A DNA stretch of 64,000 bases from Coprobacter sp. (GCA_017462265.1 JAFTRN010000030.1:20983-84982), one strand, 5' to 3'; shown: positions 29,201 through 39,817, numbered from the stretch's first letter. A program made the numbers and translations. The notes: generated by a model not told the origin, from the letters alone.

Positions 29201-30169
29201 TTTGTCGATAATCTCCAAGGTATTCGACAGCGCCTCGGGTATATCGCCGAATACCTCGTTCATCTCGGCGGTGGTTTTCATCCATTCCTGTTTGGAATAG
29301 CCCATGCCGGGGTTACTCTCGCGCAGGGTGCGACCGGTGTTGAGGCATATGAGCCGTTCGTGTGCGTCGGCGTGTACTTCATCTACAAAATGCACGTCGT
29401 TGGTACATATCAGTTTTATGCCGAATTTTCGGGCATATTCTATCAACTGCTCGTTTACCTGTTGCTGTTTCTCGTAGGTGTCGTGATTGGCATTGGGTAC
29501 GGTGGCCTTGTGTCGTTGCATCTCGAGGTAGTAGTCGTCGCCAAACATATTTTTGTACCACATGATGGCCTCCTCTACGTCGGCGGGTGTGGCTTTCATT
29601 ATCTTTTGGGGTACCTCTCCACCGAGACAGGCCGATGCCACGATCAATCCCTCTTTGTATTTCTCCAATTCCACACGGTCGGTACGCGGGCGCATATAGA
29701 ATCCCTCGGTCCAGGCCTTCGATACCAATTTTATGAGGTTGTGATACCCCTTTTCGTTCTTGGCAAGTACTATTAAGTGGTAACCACTCTGGTCCTCCTT
29801 GCCGTTCTTGTCCTGCATACGCTTACGAGCCACATACATTTCACAGCCTATAATGGGCTTGAACGGCTTTTTTGCTTTGGCTTTCTCCAGCTCGGCTTGC
29901 AACTCCGCAAGTTTGCTCTCTCGCTCGGGATCGTCGTTTTTTACGTCGGCTATTTTGCTCTCGATGCTCTTTATGGCATCTTTCAGTTTCCCGTTTTTCT
30001 TCTTTATGTAGTTGTAAAACTCTTTTACACCGAACATATTTCCATGGTCGGTAATGGCTATGCCCGGCATACCGTCGGCCATGGCTTTATCTACAAGGGC
30101 AGAAACACTCGCCTGTCCGTCGAGTACCGAGTATTGCGTGTGAACGTGTAGGTGTACAAATGGTTGCAT
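26279..30169 (-). CDS. dnaE: DNA polymerase III alpha subunit
   Basis: 1296 aa. PHP domain FVHLHVHTQYSVLDG. Polymerase core motifs are PDIDIDF and GLIKMDFLGLKTL. The OB-fold region carries an acidic C-terminal tail. Confidence 0.97.
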   Translation of the reverse strand: MQPFVHLHVHTQYSVLDGQASVSALVDKAMADGMPGIAITDHGNMFGVKEFYNYIKKKNGKLKDAIKSIESKIADVKNDDPERESKLAELQAELEKAKAKKPFKPIIGCEMYVARKRMQDKNGKEDQSGYHLIVLAKNEKGYHNLIKLVSKAWTEGFYMRPRTDRVELEKYKEGLIVASACLGGEVPQKIMKATPADVEEAIMWYKNMFGDDYYLEMQRHKATVPNANHDTYEKQQQVNEQLIEYARKFGIKLICTNDVHFVDEVHADAHERLICLNTGRTLRESNPGMGYSKQEWMKTTAEMNEVFGDIPEALSNTLEIIDKVETYSIDHAPIMPTFAIPEEFGTEEEYRRKYTDEDIFNEFTRDENGNVVLSQEAAEKKIKVLGGYDKLYRIKLEADYLKKLAYDGAYKRYGNPLDKEIEERIIFELHIMKTMGFPGYFLIVQDFIAAARNMGVSVGPGRGSAAGSAVAYCLGITQIDPIKYDLLFERFLNPDRISLPDIDIDFDDDGRGEVLRWVTEKYGHEKVAHIITYGTMATKMSIKDVARVEELPLSESNRLTKLIPARLPEVDGKSPKVNFKNCLAAIPELRAACETEETRDTMKYAQMLEGNVRGTGVHACGTIICRDDITDWVPVSTADDKETGEKLLVTQYEGSVIEDTGLIKMDFLGLKTLSIIKEAIANVKLSRGIDVDIDTIDINDPATYKLYSEGRTVGTFQFESAGMQKYLRELQPSTFEDLIAMNALYRPGPMKYIPSFIKRKHGQEPITYDIPIMEKYLKDTYGITVYQEQVMLLSRMLANFTRGQSDGLRKAMGKKLKDKLDELKPLFLNGGEKNGHDRKVLEKIWADWEDFASYAFNKSHATCYSWVAYQTAYLKANFPSEYMAAVLSRSISDIGEITKFMDECKNMGIKVLGPDVNESNLKFTVNKEGNIRFGLGAVKGVGEAAVRCIIEEREKNGPFTDIYDFVQRVNLSACNRKNIECLALSGGFDGFGLKREAYMATNSKSETFSEIIVRYGNKYQLDKDSHSLSLFGGGEAVEVARPEVPHFEVWTDLMRLEKERELIGIYLSAHPLDEYRIVLQYSCNTHMSELENREALKGREITMGGIVIGSRQGMTKQNKPFAILKIEDYSGGGEIALFGQDYVNFHKFCVDNMYLFIRAKVEPRKWDEKILDLRIGTIEQLPDVKDRLIESLTIMMPYHNINTGLIELFKEKLPHTPEASTNLFFEIIDEADPMHPVKLFARPIKISVTNELINYFISNDIRFKINDIEHKEIDENADSDTDESESDMTDMLADIA

Positions 30170-30603
30170 AGTGGAAATAGGTTACAGATGTAATGGAATT
30201 ATTTGCGACGTAAAGGTACGAAAAAAGAGTGCTATCCGACTACAAAACTCCGGTAAAAAGTTTTCAACAATACGCCGCGGTATTGTTAAAAACAAAAATC
30301 GTTCCCGAGGAATGATAATGCCAAAAAATGTCGTAACTTTGAAACCATGTGTGGCGATATTCTTTCCTTACACTCTACGGGGGTATGATGGCGATTGCCG
30401 GAGGTAATATCGTTGGTAAGGAACTCATATCTCCCCCAAAATAACCTTTGAAAAAAATATATATGGCACAGAACATGGACGATGAATTTGGAATTCCGAA
30501 ATATGATGAGGTTGGAGGTTTCAGTGAAGACTTGGCGGGGGTGAAACTTTCAGGAAAATGGGGCTTTGTTGATAGAGAGGGAAATGAGATAGGGTTTGAA
30601 AAA

Positions 30604-31089
30604 ATGAAAATACGGCCGGCGACATCGCATGATGTGCAAGCGATAGCCGACATATATAATGAATATATCGTGCATAGTACGGCGACGTTCGACGAAACGC
30701 CGCTTTCGTACGGGGCCATGGCCGAGCGCATTTCCGAGATTTCATCGGCATACCCCTATTTTGTGTGCGAGATAGAGGGGCAGGTGGCAGGGTATTGTTT
30801 CGCCCATCAATGGAAACCTCGCTCGGCCTATAATACGACGTGGGAGACTGCTGTGTATCTCGATTCTCGGTATATAGGGAGGGGGATAGGCAAACTGCTA
30901 ATGCAGCGATTTATTGCAGAGTGTCGCCGGCGTGGGGCGAAGGCGCTCATCGCTTGCATTACGGCGGATAACGATGCCAGTATAGCCCTGCATCTGCAAT
31001 TGGGCTTCGAGCAAGTGTCTCATTTTAAGCGTGTAGGTGTGAAGTTTGGCACTTGGCTCGACGTGAAAGACTACGAACTGCGATTGTAA
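30604..31089 (+). CDS. GNAT-family N-acetyltransferase (phosphinothricin/MnaT-like)
   Basis: MKIRPATSHDVQAIADIYNEYIVHSTATFDETP...RGIGKLLMQRFI...ASIALHLQLGFE. The ORF continues in frame upstream to 30448 and there encodes a single WG-repeat-like segment (see findings). Confidence 0.75.
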   Translation: MKIRPATSHDVQAIADIYNEYIVHSTATFDETPLSYGAMAERISEISSAYPYFVCEIEGQVAGYCFAHQWKPRSAYNTTWETAVYLDSRYIGRGIGKLLMQRFIAECRRRGAKALIACITADNDASIALHLQLGFEQVSHFKRVGVKFGTWLDVKDYELRL

Positions 31090-31111
31090 AATCAACTTAT
31101 ATACACCGAAT

Positions 31112-31777
31112 ATGATACGATTGGTAATATTTGATCTTGATGGGACGCTGCTCAATACCATTGGCGACTTGGCCGATGCCACAAATCACGCACTGAGGTG
31201 TTGTGGTTATCCCACGCACCCGATTCCCGAATACAATATGTTTGTGGGGAACGGTATCGCCAAACTGTTCGAACGGGCATTGCCCGAGACTGAACGCACG
31301 CCCGAGAATGTGGAGCGTATGCGTGAACTGTTTATACCCTATTATACATTGCATAACACGGAACACACGTTACCCTATGAGGGTATTCCTCAACTGCTTG
31401 CCGAGTTGCAACGCGATGGGGTGTCTCTGGCCGTGGCGTCGAATAAGTATCAGGAGGGTACGGAAAAGTTGGTGGCGCATTTCTTTCCTCACATTCGTTT
31501 CTGTGCTGTACTGGGGCAGCGCGAGGGGGTACCGGTGAAGCCCAATCCTACGATAGTGTATGATATATTGCAAGCCTGCCCCATTGCCAAAGATGAGGTG
31601 TTATATATCGGTGATTCGGGGGTGGATATGTGTACGGCCGCGGCTGCCGGCGTCACCTCCGTAGGCGTTACGTGGGGATTCCGCACACGTGAGGAACTTC
31701 GTACCCACGGTGCGACGCATATCGTAGATACCACGGCCGAAATTCTCGCCATATACCGCACCCTGCAACCCCGTTAA
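31112..31777 (+). CDS. HAD-superfamily hydrolase (phosphoglycolate phosphatase-like)
   Basis: Motif I is VIFDLDGTLLNT. Later motifs are VASNK and YIGDSGVDM. Confidence 0.8.
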   Translation: MIRLVIFDLDGTLLNTIGDLADATNHALRCCGYPTHPIPEYNMFVGNGIAKLFERALPETERTPENVERMRELFIPYYTLHNTEHTLPYEGIPQLLAELQRDGVSLAVASNKYQEGTEKLVAHFFPHIRFCAVLGQREGVPVKPNPTIVYDILQACPIAKDEVLYIGDSGVDMCTAAAAGVTSVGVTWGFRTREELRTHGATHIVDTTAEILAIYRTLQPR

Positions 31778-31803
31778 GTTTAGAGGGTCGGTCAATTATT
31801 TTT

Positions 31804-32188
31804 TTATTGGTGTCCGATAAAAATAAAGCATACAGCTTTAGGGATTTCATTATGCCATCGGCATAAGATATTCCAGCCTCGTATAAGCCGATTTATCGGC
31901 GCAATGCGGGGTAAGGATTGGTGAAGAAATTTCGATGCCGTAGGTATCGGACTATAATGATTATCATATTAATATGAAGTCCAATACCTAAAGGCATTGG
32001 TAATACACACTCCTCATATTCCCCGCATTGCGCTCGCCTACCGGCTCGCTTATACGGGGCTGTAATATCGATTACCTAACGGCAATCTTTTTATGCAAAT
32101 ACAAGCCCCTCTTTTTATTCTATCGCATAAATTATCTTTAAATTATAGATTTACGTGGATTTCGAAAATCTTTATCGGACACTAATAA
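31804..32188. mobile_element. MITE-like non-coding element, repeat family A, copy A1
   Basis: Terminal inverted repeats are TTATTGGTGTCCGATAAA and TTATTAGTGTCCGATAAA (reverse complement of the right end). It is flanked by identical 8-bp TTATTTTT on both sides. The interior is a long imperfect palindrome. It has no plausible CDS. Confidence 0.6.
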
Positions 32189-33778
<1,590 letters not shown>

Positions 33779-33797
33779 TTAAGACGTCGTTTGAATT

Positions 33798-35933
33798 TTA
33801 TTTCGAGAATGTTTGCAGTCGTTTTACAATTTCTACGGAGCCGTCGGAGTAGATACGTTTCTCGATGTAGAGACCGGTCGTGGGTGCGGCAACGCGTATG
33901 CCCGAAAGATTATAATACTCGGTGCAGATAAGCACTTTGTCGCTACCGGTGGTAGATAGAGCATCTACACTCCTGAAATCGCATGGATTTTCTACGCCGA
34001 GCAGGTAGGCCACGGCGTTGGTAAAGAGTTGTCGGGCGTCATCGGTAATCTCGCCCACACCATTGGCTATCGGGTCGCTCGACAGCGGGAGCAATATATA
34101 GCCGTTGGTGGCGCTATCGTCGGTATAGTGCAGGTGCACGGTGTGTAGGCCGTCGATTGTCGTGGCAAGCAGGGTGTCGCCGCTGATGCTGCTCGTGGCA
34201 TTCTTCCAGGCTTGTACCATATTGTATTTACTGTCGGAGGTGGCGAATATCTCCACTTCGCCCTCGGACGACGGGGTGATTTTGTCGAATATCTTATGTC
34301 GCAGGCCTACTTCGGTAGGAATAATCACGGTCGTACCTTTATCGGGATTCACGGGTGTTGCCCAGCTCCATCGGCCCGATGTGTAGTTGAAGGCTTTGAA
34401 ACTGAGGTAGGGAACCGTGCCTACAATATCGACCAGACCGTTGGTGTAGCTCTTGTTTCCGCTCATGGCTTCGGAGGCTACCACCAATCGATATTGCGAC
34501 AGCGAGTCGGCTGCCGGATTACCATTTATATCTATGTCGATAGTGGTAATATCTAAGCCGAATGTGTCGAGCAACGCGTAGAAGGGATCTTTGTCGGGAC
34601 TATAGTCGCTGTAACCGCTGTCGTAGAGGAACGCGATACCTCGGGTGGGAGCGGGCAGAGGCGAGGGTTCCGGCTCCGGCTCGGGGGTGGGAATGGTATC
34701 GGCGGGTATTTCGGGCAGTTCATACAACCCATTGAGATCGACATTGCCGAGTTGATACACCTCGGCAGCTGCCAAAAGGAAACAACCGATACCGAAATCT
34801 TCGAAATTGGGAATGGTCGAGAATACGACAGGTTGGGAATCCTCGGGCTTAGAGCCTGTACCTTGCACGTAGCCCAGAAAACCATCATCGCCTACAGCTT
34901 TATGGCATAGAGCGTTCCAGCCGCGGACGACGTGGGGCATATAGGTGGCGCTGTCGAGTAGGCCGGTGTGTACACCATAGGCCATACCGGCCACAAACAA
35001 TGCCGTGCCCGAGGTTTCGGGACCGGCCGATTCGGTAGAACCGTAATTGGTGGGGGCGGCAAGGCTCACACTCCAGAAACCATCGGCACGCTGACATTTG
35101 ATGAGCGCCTCCGACATCAGTTTGAAGTCGGCCTCATATTGCTCGCGGTGGCACACCGTGTCGGGTGCGTAGTAGAGCACGCGTGCCAACGCTGTATATA
35201 CCCACCCATTACCACGCGACCAGTAGCAGGGCTTGTCGGTCTCTACTTTATCGGTGTAGGGCGGGTCGAACGAGGAGTCGCGCCACCACAGACCATCGTC
35301 GGGATTGAGCAGTCCCGCCGTACCGTGCTTATCGCGTGTGTACATATACATATTATACATATATTCATAATAGGCGGTATCATTCTCTATCACACCCAGC
35401 TGCGCATATATGGGCATGGCCATGTGTACGGCATCGATCCACGACCAGTCGTTGATGGTTTTCCGTTCATACATCAGGTAGTCGATATGCTCTTTGATAT
35501 GGGTTTTGCGTATACTTTTGGTGGTGTCGAGCATATACATATCGAGGTAAGCCATACCACAACAATGGAAATCGGCATTGGAGGGGGCTTTGGTGTCGTT
35601 GGATACCCATTCGTGGAAATCACCCCACTCCGAGGTGTATTCATACCAGGCGGTTACGGGGCGTTGGCGGTACATTGCCATCAATCCCTCGTAATATACG
35701 CCACGCGTCCATATACGGCTGTTGCGTTTCTTGCCCCCTACATACGAGTCGGTGGTGGGGTCGGGGCAGATGCGCATGAAATAGTCATTGACCAGTGACG
35801 CATAATAAAACGTGGAGTCTTGCGTGATTACCAGGTCGTAACTATAATTGTCGGTGGTGTCGGCCGGTGTTTGCGCTGTAACGTGTAAGCTACATAGCGA
35901 TATAAGGACCGATAGTACGATGTGTTTTTTCAT
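33798..35933 (-). CDS. GH105/GH88-type unsaturated glycuronyl/rhamnogalacturonyl hydrolase fused to an extra domain and a T9SS C-terminal sorting domain
   Basis: Motifs WSWIDAVHMAMP, YWSRGNGWVY, GPETSGTALF and GFLGYVQGTG. Then an EPEPEPSPLP linker, a ~230-aa unknown domain, and the C-terminus YYNLSGIRVAAPTTGLYIEKRIYSDGSVEIVKRL. Confidence 0.75.
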   Translation of the reverse strand: MKKHIVLSVLISLCSLHVTAQTPADTTDNYSYDLVITQDSTFYYASLVNDYFMRICPDPTTDSYVGGKKRNSRIWTRGVYYEGLMAMYRQRPVTAWYEYTSEWGDFHEWVSNDTKAPSNADFHCCGMAYLDMYMLDTTKSIRKTHIKEHIDYLMYERKTINDWSWIDAVHMAMPIYAQLGVIENDTAYYEYMYNMYMYTRDKHGTAGLLNPDDGLWWRDSSFDPPYTDKVETDKPCYWSRGNGWVYTALARVLYYAPDTVCHREQYEADFKLMSEALIKCQRADGFWSVSLAAPTNYGSTESAGPETSGTALFVAGMAYGVHTGLLDSATYMPHVVRGWNALCHKAVGDDGFLGYVQGTGSKPEDSQPVVFSTIPNFEDFGIGCFLLAAAEVYQLGNVDLNGLYELPEIPADTIPTPEPEPEPSPLPAPTRGIAFLYDSGYSDYSPDKDPFYALLDTFGLDITTIDIDINGNPAADSLSQYRLVVASEAMSGNKSYTNGLVDIVGTVPYLSFKAFNYTSGRWSWATPVNPDKGTTVIIPTEVGLRHKIFDKITPSSEGEVEIFATSDSKYNMVQAWKNATSSISGDTLLATTIDGLHTVHLHYTDDSATNGYILLPLSSDPIANGVGEITDDARQLFTNAVAYLLGVENPCDFRSVDALSTTGSDKVLICTEYYNLSGIRVAAPTTGLYIEKRIYSDGSVEIVKRLQTFSK

Positions 35934-36139
35934 AGAATTGTTTATTTGTAGAGATCGTGAGTGGTGAAAATTCTAACGACCTCTCAAAGATACGGCTTTT
36001 TGAACAAACTCCTTATCGAAAATGTTAATTTTAGAAAAAAGAAACGATATGGAGCTCCGAAAAAGGGCAAAAAAAGGTGAAAAAACGGGTTGTAAGAAAA
36101 AATAATGACAAAGTTTGTATGAAATATCGTTTTTTTACA

Positions 36140-36147
36140 TACTTTTG
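36140..36147 (+). promoter_or_regulatory. -7 promoter box TACTTTTG
   Basis: TAnnTTTG, 21 nt upstream of the ATG at 36168. Confidence 0.4.
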
Positions 36148-36167
36148 TAGGGAAAAAGGCAATAGTA

Positions 36168-37238
36168 ATGTCTGCTTCTAATATTGACAGCATAAATACG
36201 ACACTGACGGAATTGCGGGAACTGATGGCTCTCGTAGAGAAAAATTATCCTGATGTGCCGTCTATTTTATGTAAAATATCTATTGAGAAGGGTGAAAAAT
36301 TGTGTGATTTGCTCCGCAATTTGACATCTGAAGGCGTTTCCGGCATAGCGATGCCTGAGGCGATTATGGCCGAAGATGTGCGGGAAACTGTGCCGACGCA
36401 AGAATGTGACCTCGAGATGCCGATAGCAGAGTTCATAAAAACGGCTGAGCCGGAAGCGGTTGCGGGATCGGAAGATGCAGAAGTATTCGCAGAAACCGAG
36501 GTGACAATCGGTGCGGAGACTGATGAAATGGATATAGAGGAGGCTGATGTTTGCTTGGATAGTGAGGCTGAGACAGAAACGGTAGTTGAACCGGAAACTG
36601 ACGATGTGACCGTGACGACCGACGGAGAAGAACCGTTTGTTCTTACCTGGGATACTCCCGATGAGGATTTTTGCCTTTTCGATCGGGTGCCAACCGCCGG
36701 GGCACAAGAGCCGGACGAGGAAGAGCCTATAGTGGCTATAGTCGAGGCGGACGTTGAGACCGAGGCCGAAGATGCGATGTCGGAACCTACCATTGTGGAG
36801 GCGGAGACCGAAGTCGGCGAACCGGAATGTTCTTGTGAGGAAGATGCCGACGAGTCCGAAGAGGAGACCATAGACAACTTTTCCGACGAGGAAGCACAGC
36901 CCGAAGAGGAGCCGCTCGATGCACAAGAGGCGATAGCTCCCGAACAATCTACCGAAGAGGTCGAGGAAGAGGATTTACTCGCCGATGAAGATGAGGGTAG
37001 AATAAAGACTTTCGAAGGAAAGGAACTTCAGAAAATGATGAGTATCAACGATCGATTCTTGTTCCGTCGGGAATTGTTCGACGGCGATGGCGAAGAAATG
37101 AATGCCACGATCGAGGATCTCAACCATATAACGTCATACGAAGCGTCGTTGGCGTACTTGCATACCCGCTTTGAGTGGGATTTCGAGTCGGAGACAGTAG
37201 AGTTATTGTGTATGTTGCTGCGGCAACGCTTTGAGTAA
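36168..37238 (+). CDS. hypothetical protein with an extremely acidic low-complexity centre
   Basis: 356 aa. The structured-looking N-terminus (~70 aa) and C-terminus (INDRFLFRRELFDGDGEEM...LHTRFEWDF) flank ~230 aa dominated by E/D/T/A/V/P. The coding frame is supported by its length and the promoter box. Confidence 0.6.
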   Translation: MSASNIDSINTTLTELRELMALVEKNYPDVPSILCKISIEKGEKLCDLLRNLTSEGVSGIAMPEAIMAEDVRETVPTQECDLEMPIAEFIKTAEPEAVAGSEDAEVFAETEVTIGAETDEMDIEEADVCLDSEAETETVVEPETDDVTVTTDGEEPFVLTWDTPDEDFCLFDRVPTAGAQEPDEEEPIVAIVEADVETEAEDAMSEPTIVEAETEVGEPECSCEEDADESEEETIDNFSDEEAQPEEEPLDAQEAIAPEQSTEEVEEEDLLADEDEGRIKTFEGKELQKMMSINDRFLFRRELFDGDGEEMNATIEDLNHITSYEASLAYLHTRFEWDFESETVELLCMLLRQRFE

Positions 37239-37243
37239 CCCCT

Positions 37244-37969
37244 ATGTCGAAGCTCTATATCGTACCTACCCCCGTAGGCAATCTCGAAGATATGACGATG
37301 CGTGCCATCAGGGTTTTGCAAGAGGCAGATTGCATATTGGCCGAGGATACCCGCACCAGCGGTATTCTCATGAAGCACTTCGATATAAAGACGCGTATGC
37401 AGTCGCACCACAAATTCAATGAGCATAAGACCGTCGATGCCATTGTGGAACGTATCAAGGCTGGTGAAACCATCGCTTTGGTCTCTGATGCCGGTACGCC
37501 GGCCATATCAGACCCCGGGTTCTTGTTGGCGCGTGCTTGTCGTCGATCGGGTATCGTGGTGGAATGTCTCCCCGGTGCTACGGCGTTTGTCCCGGCAATA
37601 GTCGATTCGGGACTGCCTTGCGACCGCTTTACTTTTGAGGGTTTTCTGCCCCAGAAAAAAGGTCGTGCCACACGGCTCAACGAATTAGCCGGCGAACCGC
37701 GCACCATGATATTCTACGAGTCGCCTTTCAGACTGGTAAAGACTTTGGTGCAGATGTCCGAGGTGTTTGGTGGCGAGCGCAACGTGTCGGTAAGTCGTGA
37801 AATATCGAAATTGCACGAGGAGACCGTTGGCGGTACTTTCACCGAGGTAATAGCGCATTATACGGCACAAGAGCCCAAAGGCGAGTGTGTAATCGTGGTA
37901 GAGGGTGCACCTCTCGAAAAACCTGAAAAAGAGAAAAAAGAATATAAAAAACAAAATAAACAACACTAA
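37244..37969 (+). CDS. rsmI: 16S rRNA (cytidine1402-2'-O)-methyltransferase
   Basis: LYIVPTPVGNLEDMTMRAIRVLQEADCILAEDTR...ALVSDAGTPAISDPG...IFYESPFRL. Confidence 0.9.
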   Translation: MSKLYIVPTPVGNLEDMTMRAIRVLQEADCILAEDTRTSGILMKHFDIKTRMQSHHKFNEHKTVDAIVERIKAGETIALVSDAGTPAISDPGFLLARACRRSGIVVECLPGATAFVPAIVDSGLPCDRFTFEGFLPQKKGRATRLNELAGEPRTMIFYESPFRLVKTLVQMSEVFGGERNVSVSREISKLHEETVGGTFTEVIAHYTAQEPKGECVIVVEGAPLEKPEKEKKEYKKQNKQH

Positions 37970-37995
37970 AAACAACTCTTAAAAAACAAGTGATT

Positions 37996-38826
37996 ATGAA
38001 AAAAGTATTGTTCAGTATGACAGCTCTTGCGATGCTGTTCATGGTATCTTGCGAAGATTACAAAGGTCAAATCGCACGTCTGCAATTCCAAAACGACTCG
38101 ATTGCACAAGTAAATGCCGGTATGGCTTCTGACTTCGAAGAACTGCTCCAAATGATGGACGAAATCGAAACCAGCTTCCTCCAAGTTGACAAAACCGAAG
38201 CAGGTCTTGCTCAAGCCGATGGCGAACGTCTGAAAGCCGGTATCGCTCAAATCATCGACCTCTTGAAAGACAATCAAGCTAAGATCGCTGACCTCGAAGC
38301 TAAAGTTAAAAGCAGCAACAACCAAGTATATCGTTTGAACAAAACCATCAAACGTCTGAAAGCTGAGAACGAAGAAAAAGCTGCAATGATCACCAAATTG
38401 CAAGCCGACCTCGCTCAACGCGACGCTAAAATCAAAGAACTCGATGCTGCTATCGCTTCGTTGAACAACAAAGTAAACGCTCTCTCGGCCGAGAACAAAG
38501 ATCAACAATCTCAACTCGCTGCTCAAGACAAAGAGATGAATACCGTTTACTACACCTTCTCTAACAAAAAAGACCTCAAAGCCAAAGGTATCCTCATCAA
38601 AGGTCGCGCTCTCCAAGGCGAAGTTAAAAACGAATACTTCACCCAAGCCGATCTCCGCAACCTTACCTCTATTCCTATGAGCGCTAAGAGAGCTTACCTC
38701 TTGACTTCTCACCCCGCAGGTTCTTATGAATTTGTAAAAGAAGGCAAAAAAATCACCGCTCTCACCATCACCAATCCTACCGAATTCTGGAGCGTATCGA
38801 AATATCTCGTAATCCGCACGAAATAA
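37996..38826 (+). CDS. coiled-coil lipoprotein (hypothetical; possibly adhesin-like)
   Basis: Lipobox MVSC. A long heptad-like region (KIADLEAKVKSSNNQVYRLNKTIKRLKAENEEKAAMITKLQADLAQRDAKIKELD) is followed by a globular C-terminal domain. Confidence 0.7.
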   Translation: MKKVLFSMTALAMLFMVSCEDYKGQIARLQFQNDSIAQVNAGMASDFEELLQMMDEIETSFLQVDKTEAGLAQADGERLKAGIAQIIDLLKDNQAKIADLEAKVKSSNNQVYRLNKTIKRLKAENEEKAAMITKLQADLAQRDAKIKELDAAIASLNNKVNALSAENKDQQSQLAAQDKEMNTVYYTFSNKKDLKAKGILIKGRALQGEVKNEYFTQADLRNLTSIPMSAKRAYLLTSHPAGSYEFVKEGKKITALTITNPTEFWSVSKYLVIRTK

Positions 38827-38841
38827 TAGCGTAATACGAGG

Positions 38842-39567
38842 GTGATAGCGACCGCGAAACACGTATTTATCGACCTCGATGATACGTTGTGGGATTTCCA
38901 CTCAAACTCATACCGAGCGCTGGAAATCGTCTATCGGGACTTGAATATAAATCGCTATTATAGTTCGTCCGATGAGTTTTATCGGATATATAGCGAGAAG
39001 AATACCGAACTTTGGTCGCTTTATCACCACGGACGCATCACACGAGAGCAATTAATGGTGGAGCGTTTCCGCTACCCGTTGCAACGGGTGGGTGTGTACA
39101 ATCTGCTGTTAGTCTCACAACTCAATCAGGCCTACCTCTCGGCACTTGCCGAGCAGGCAGGCCTGAATTTTTTTGCCCGAGAACTGCTGGAATATCTTTC
39201 CGGCCGTTATACCATCACCCTGTTGAGCAACGGCTTTCGGGAAGTACAGTACAAGAAAATTGCTAATTCGGGTATCGAGCGATTTTTCGATAATATAGTA
39301 TTATCCGACGAGGTGGGGGCGTTGAAGCCCGCGCCCGAAATATTCCGGTACGCGCTACGACTGTACGAGGCTGCACCGGAGCAGGCAGTGATGATAGGCG
39401 ATAATTTCGAGGCCGATATTTGTGGCGCGGCTCGTGTAGGAATACCCCAAATCTATTATAACCCGACCGACAAACCGCTCCCCGACGATTTTACAGCACG
39501 GCCGTTCCCTGTCACCACACCTACCTGTATGGTGAACTCGCTCAAGGATATTGTGAAAATACTTTGA
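38842..39567 (+). CDS. HAD-superfamily hydrolase (YjjG-like nucleotidase type)
   Basis: GTG start. Motif I is VFIDLDDTLWDF. Later motifs are LLSNG and MIGDNFEADICGA. Confidence 0.75.
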   Translation: MIATAKHVFIDLDDTLWDFHSNSYRALEIVYRDLNINRYYSSSDEFYRIYSEKNTELWSLYHHGRITREQLMVERFRYPLQRVGVYNLLLVSQLNQAYLSALAEQAGLNFFARELLEYLSGRYTITLLSNGFREVQYKKIANSGIERFFDNIVLSDEVGALKPAPEIFRYALRLYEAAPEQAVMIGDNFEADICGAARVGIPQIYYNPTDKPLPDDFTARPFPVTTPTCMVNSLKDIVKIL

Positions 39568-39642
39568 CGCTGTTCGTATCTATAATCGACATCTTTTCAA
39601 AATTTTTTCTAAAAAATATTTCAAAAATTGGTGTGTATTTTA

Positions 39643-39719
39643 TATCTTTGCAGGGTGAAAAATATTTTTTAAAATTTCTACAAAAATATTTCATTATATT
39701 GTGGTTTTATATACCTTTG
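39643..39719 (+). promoter_or_regulatory. two tandem -7 promoter boxes (TATCTTTG at 39643-39650, TACCTTTG at 39712-39719) upstream of paralog A
   Basis: Both match TAnnTTTG. The ~45 nt upstream of each box resemble one another (AAAAATATTTCA...GTG..TTTTATA). Confidence 0.4.
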
Positions 39720-39817
39720 CTTCATTCTAAGAGGTTGGAACTTATACTGAAAAAACTTTTAAGAATAATATTGTAACGAGAATAATATAACCCAATTATT
39801 AACTAAAAACATTCATT

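Noticed and set aside
36245-36947. Two ~210-226-aa antisense ORFs inside the acidic-protein gene.
   Set aside because: They are open only because of the GA-rich composition of the sense strand. The sense frame has a promoter box, an ATG and ordered termini.
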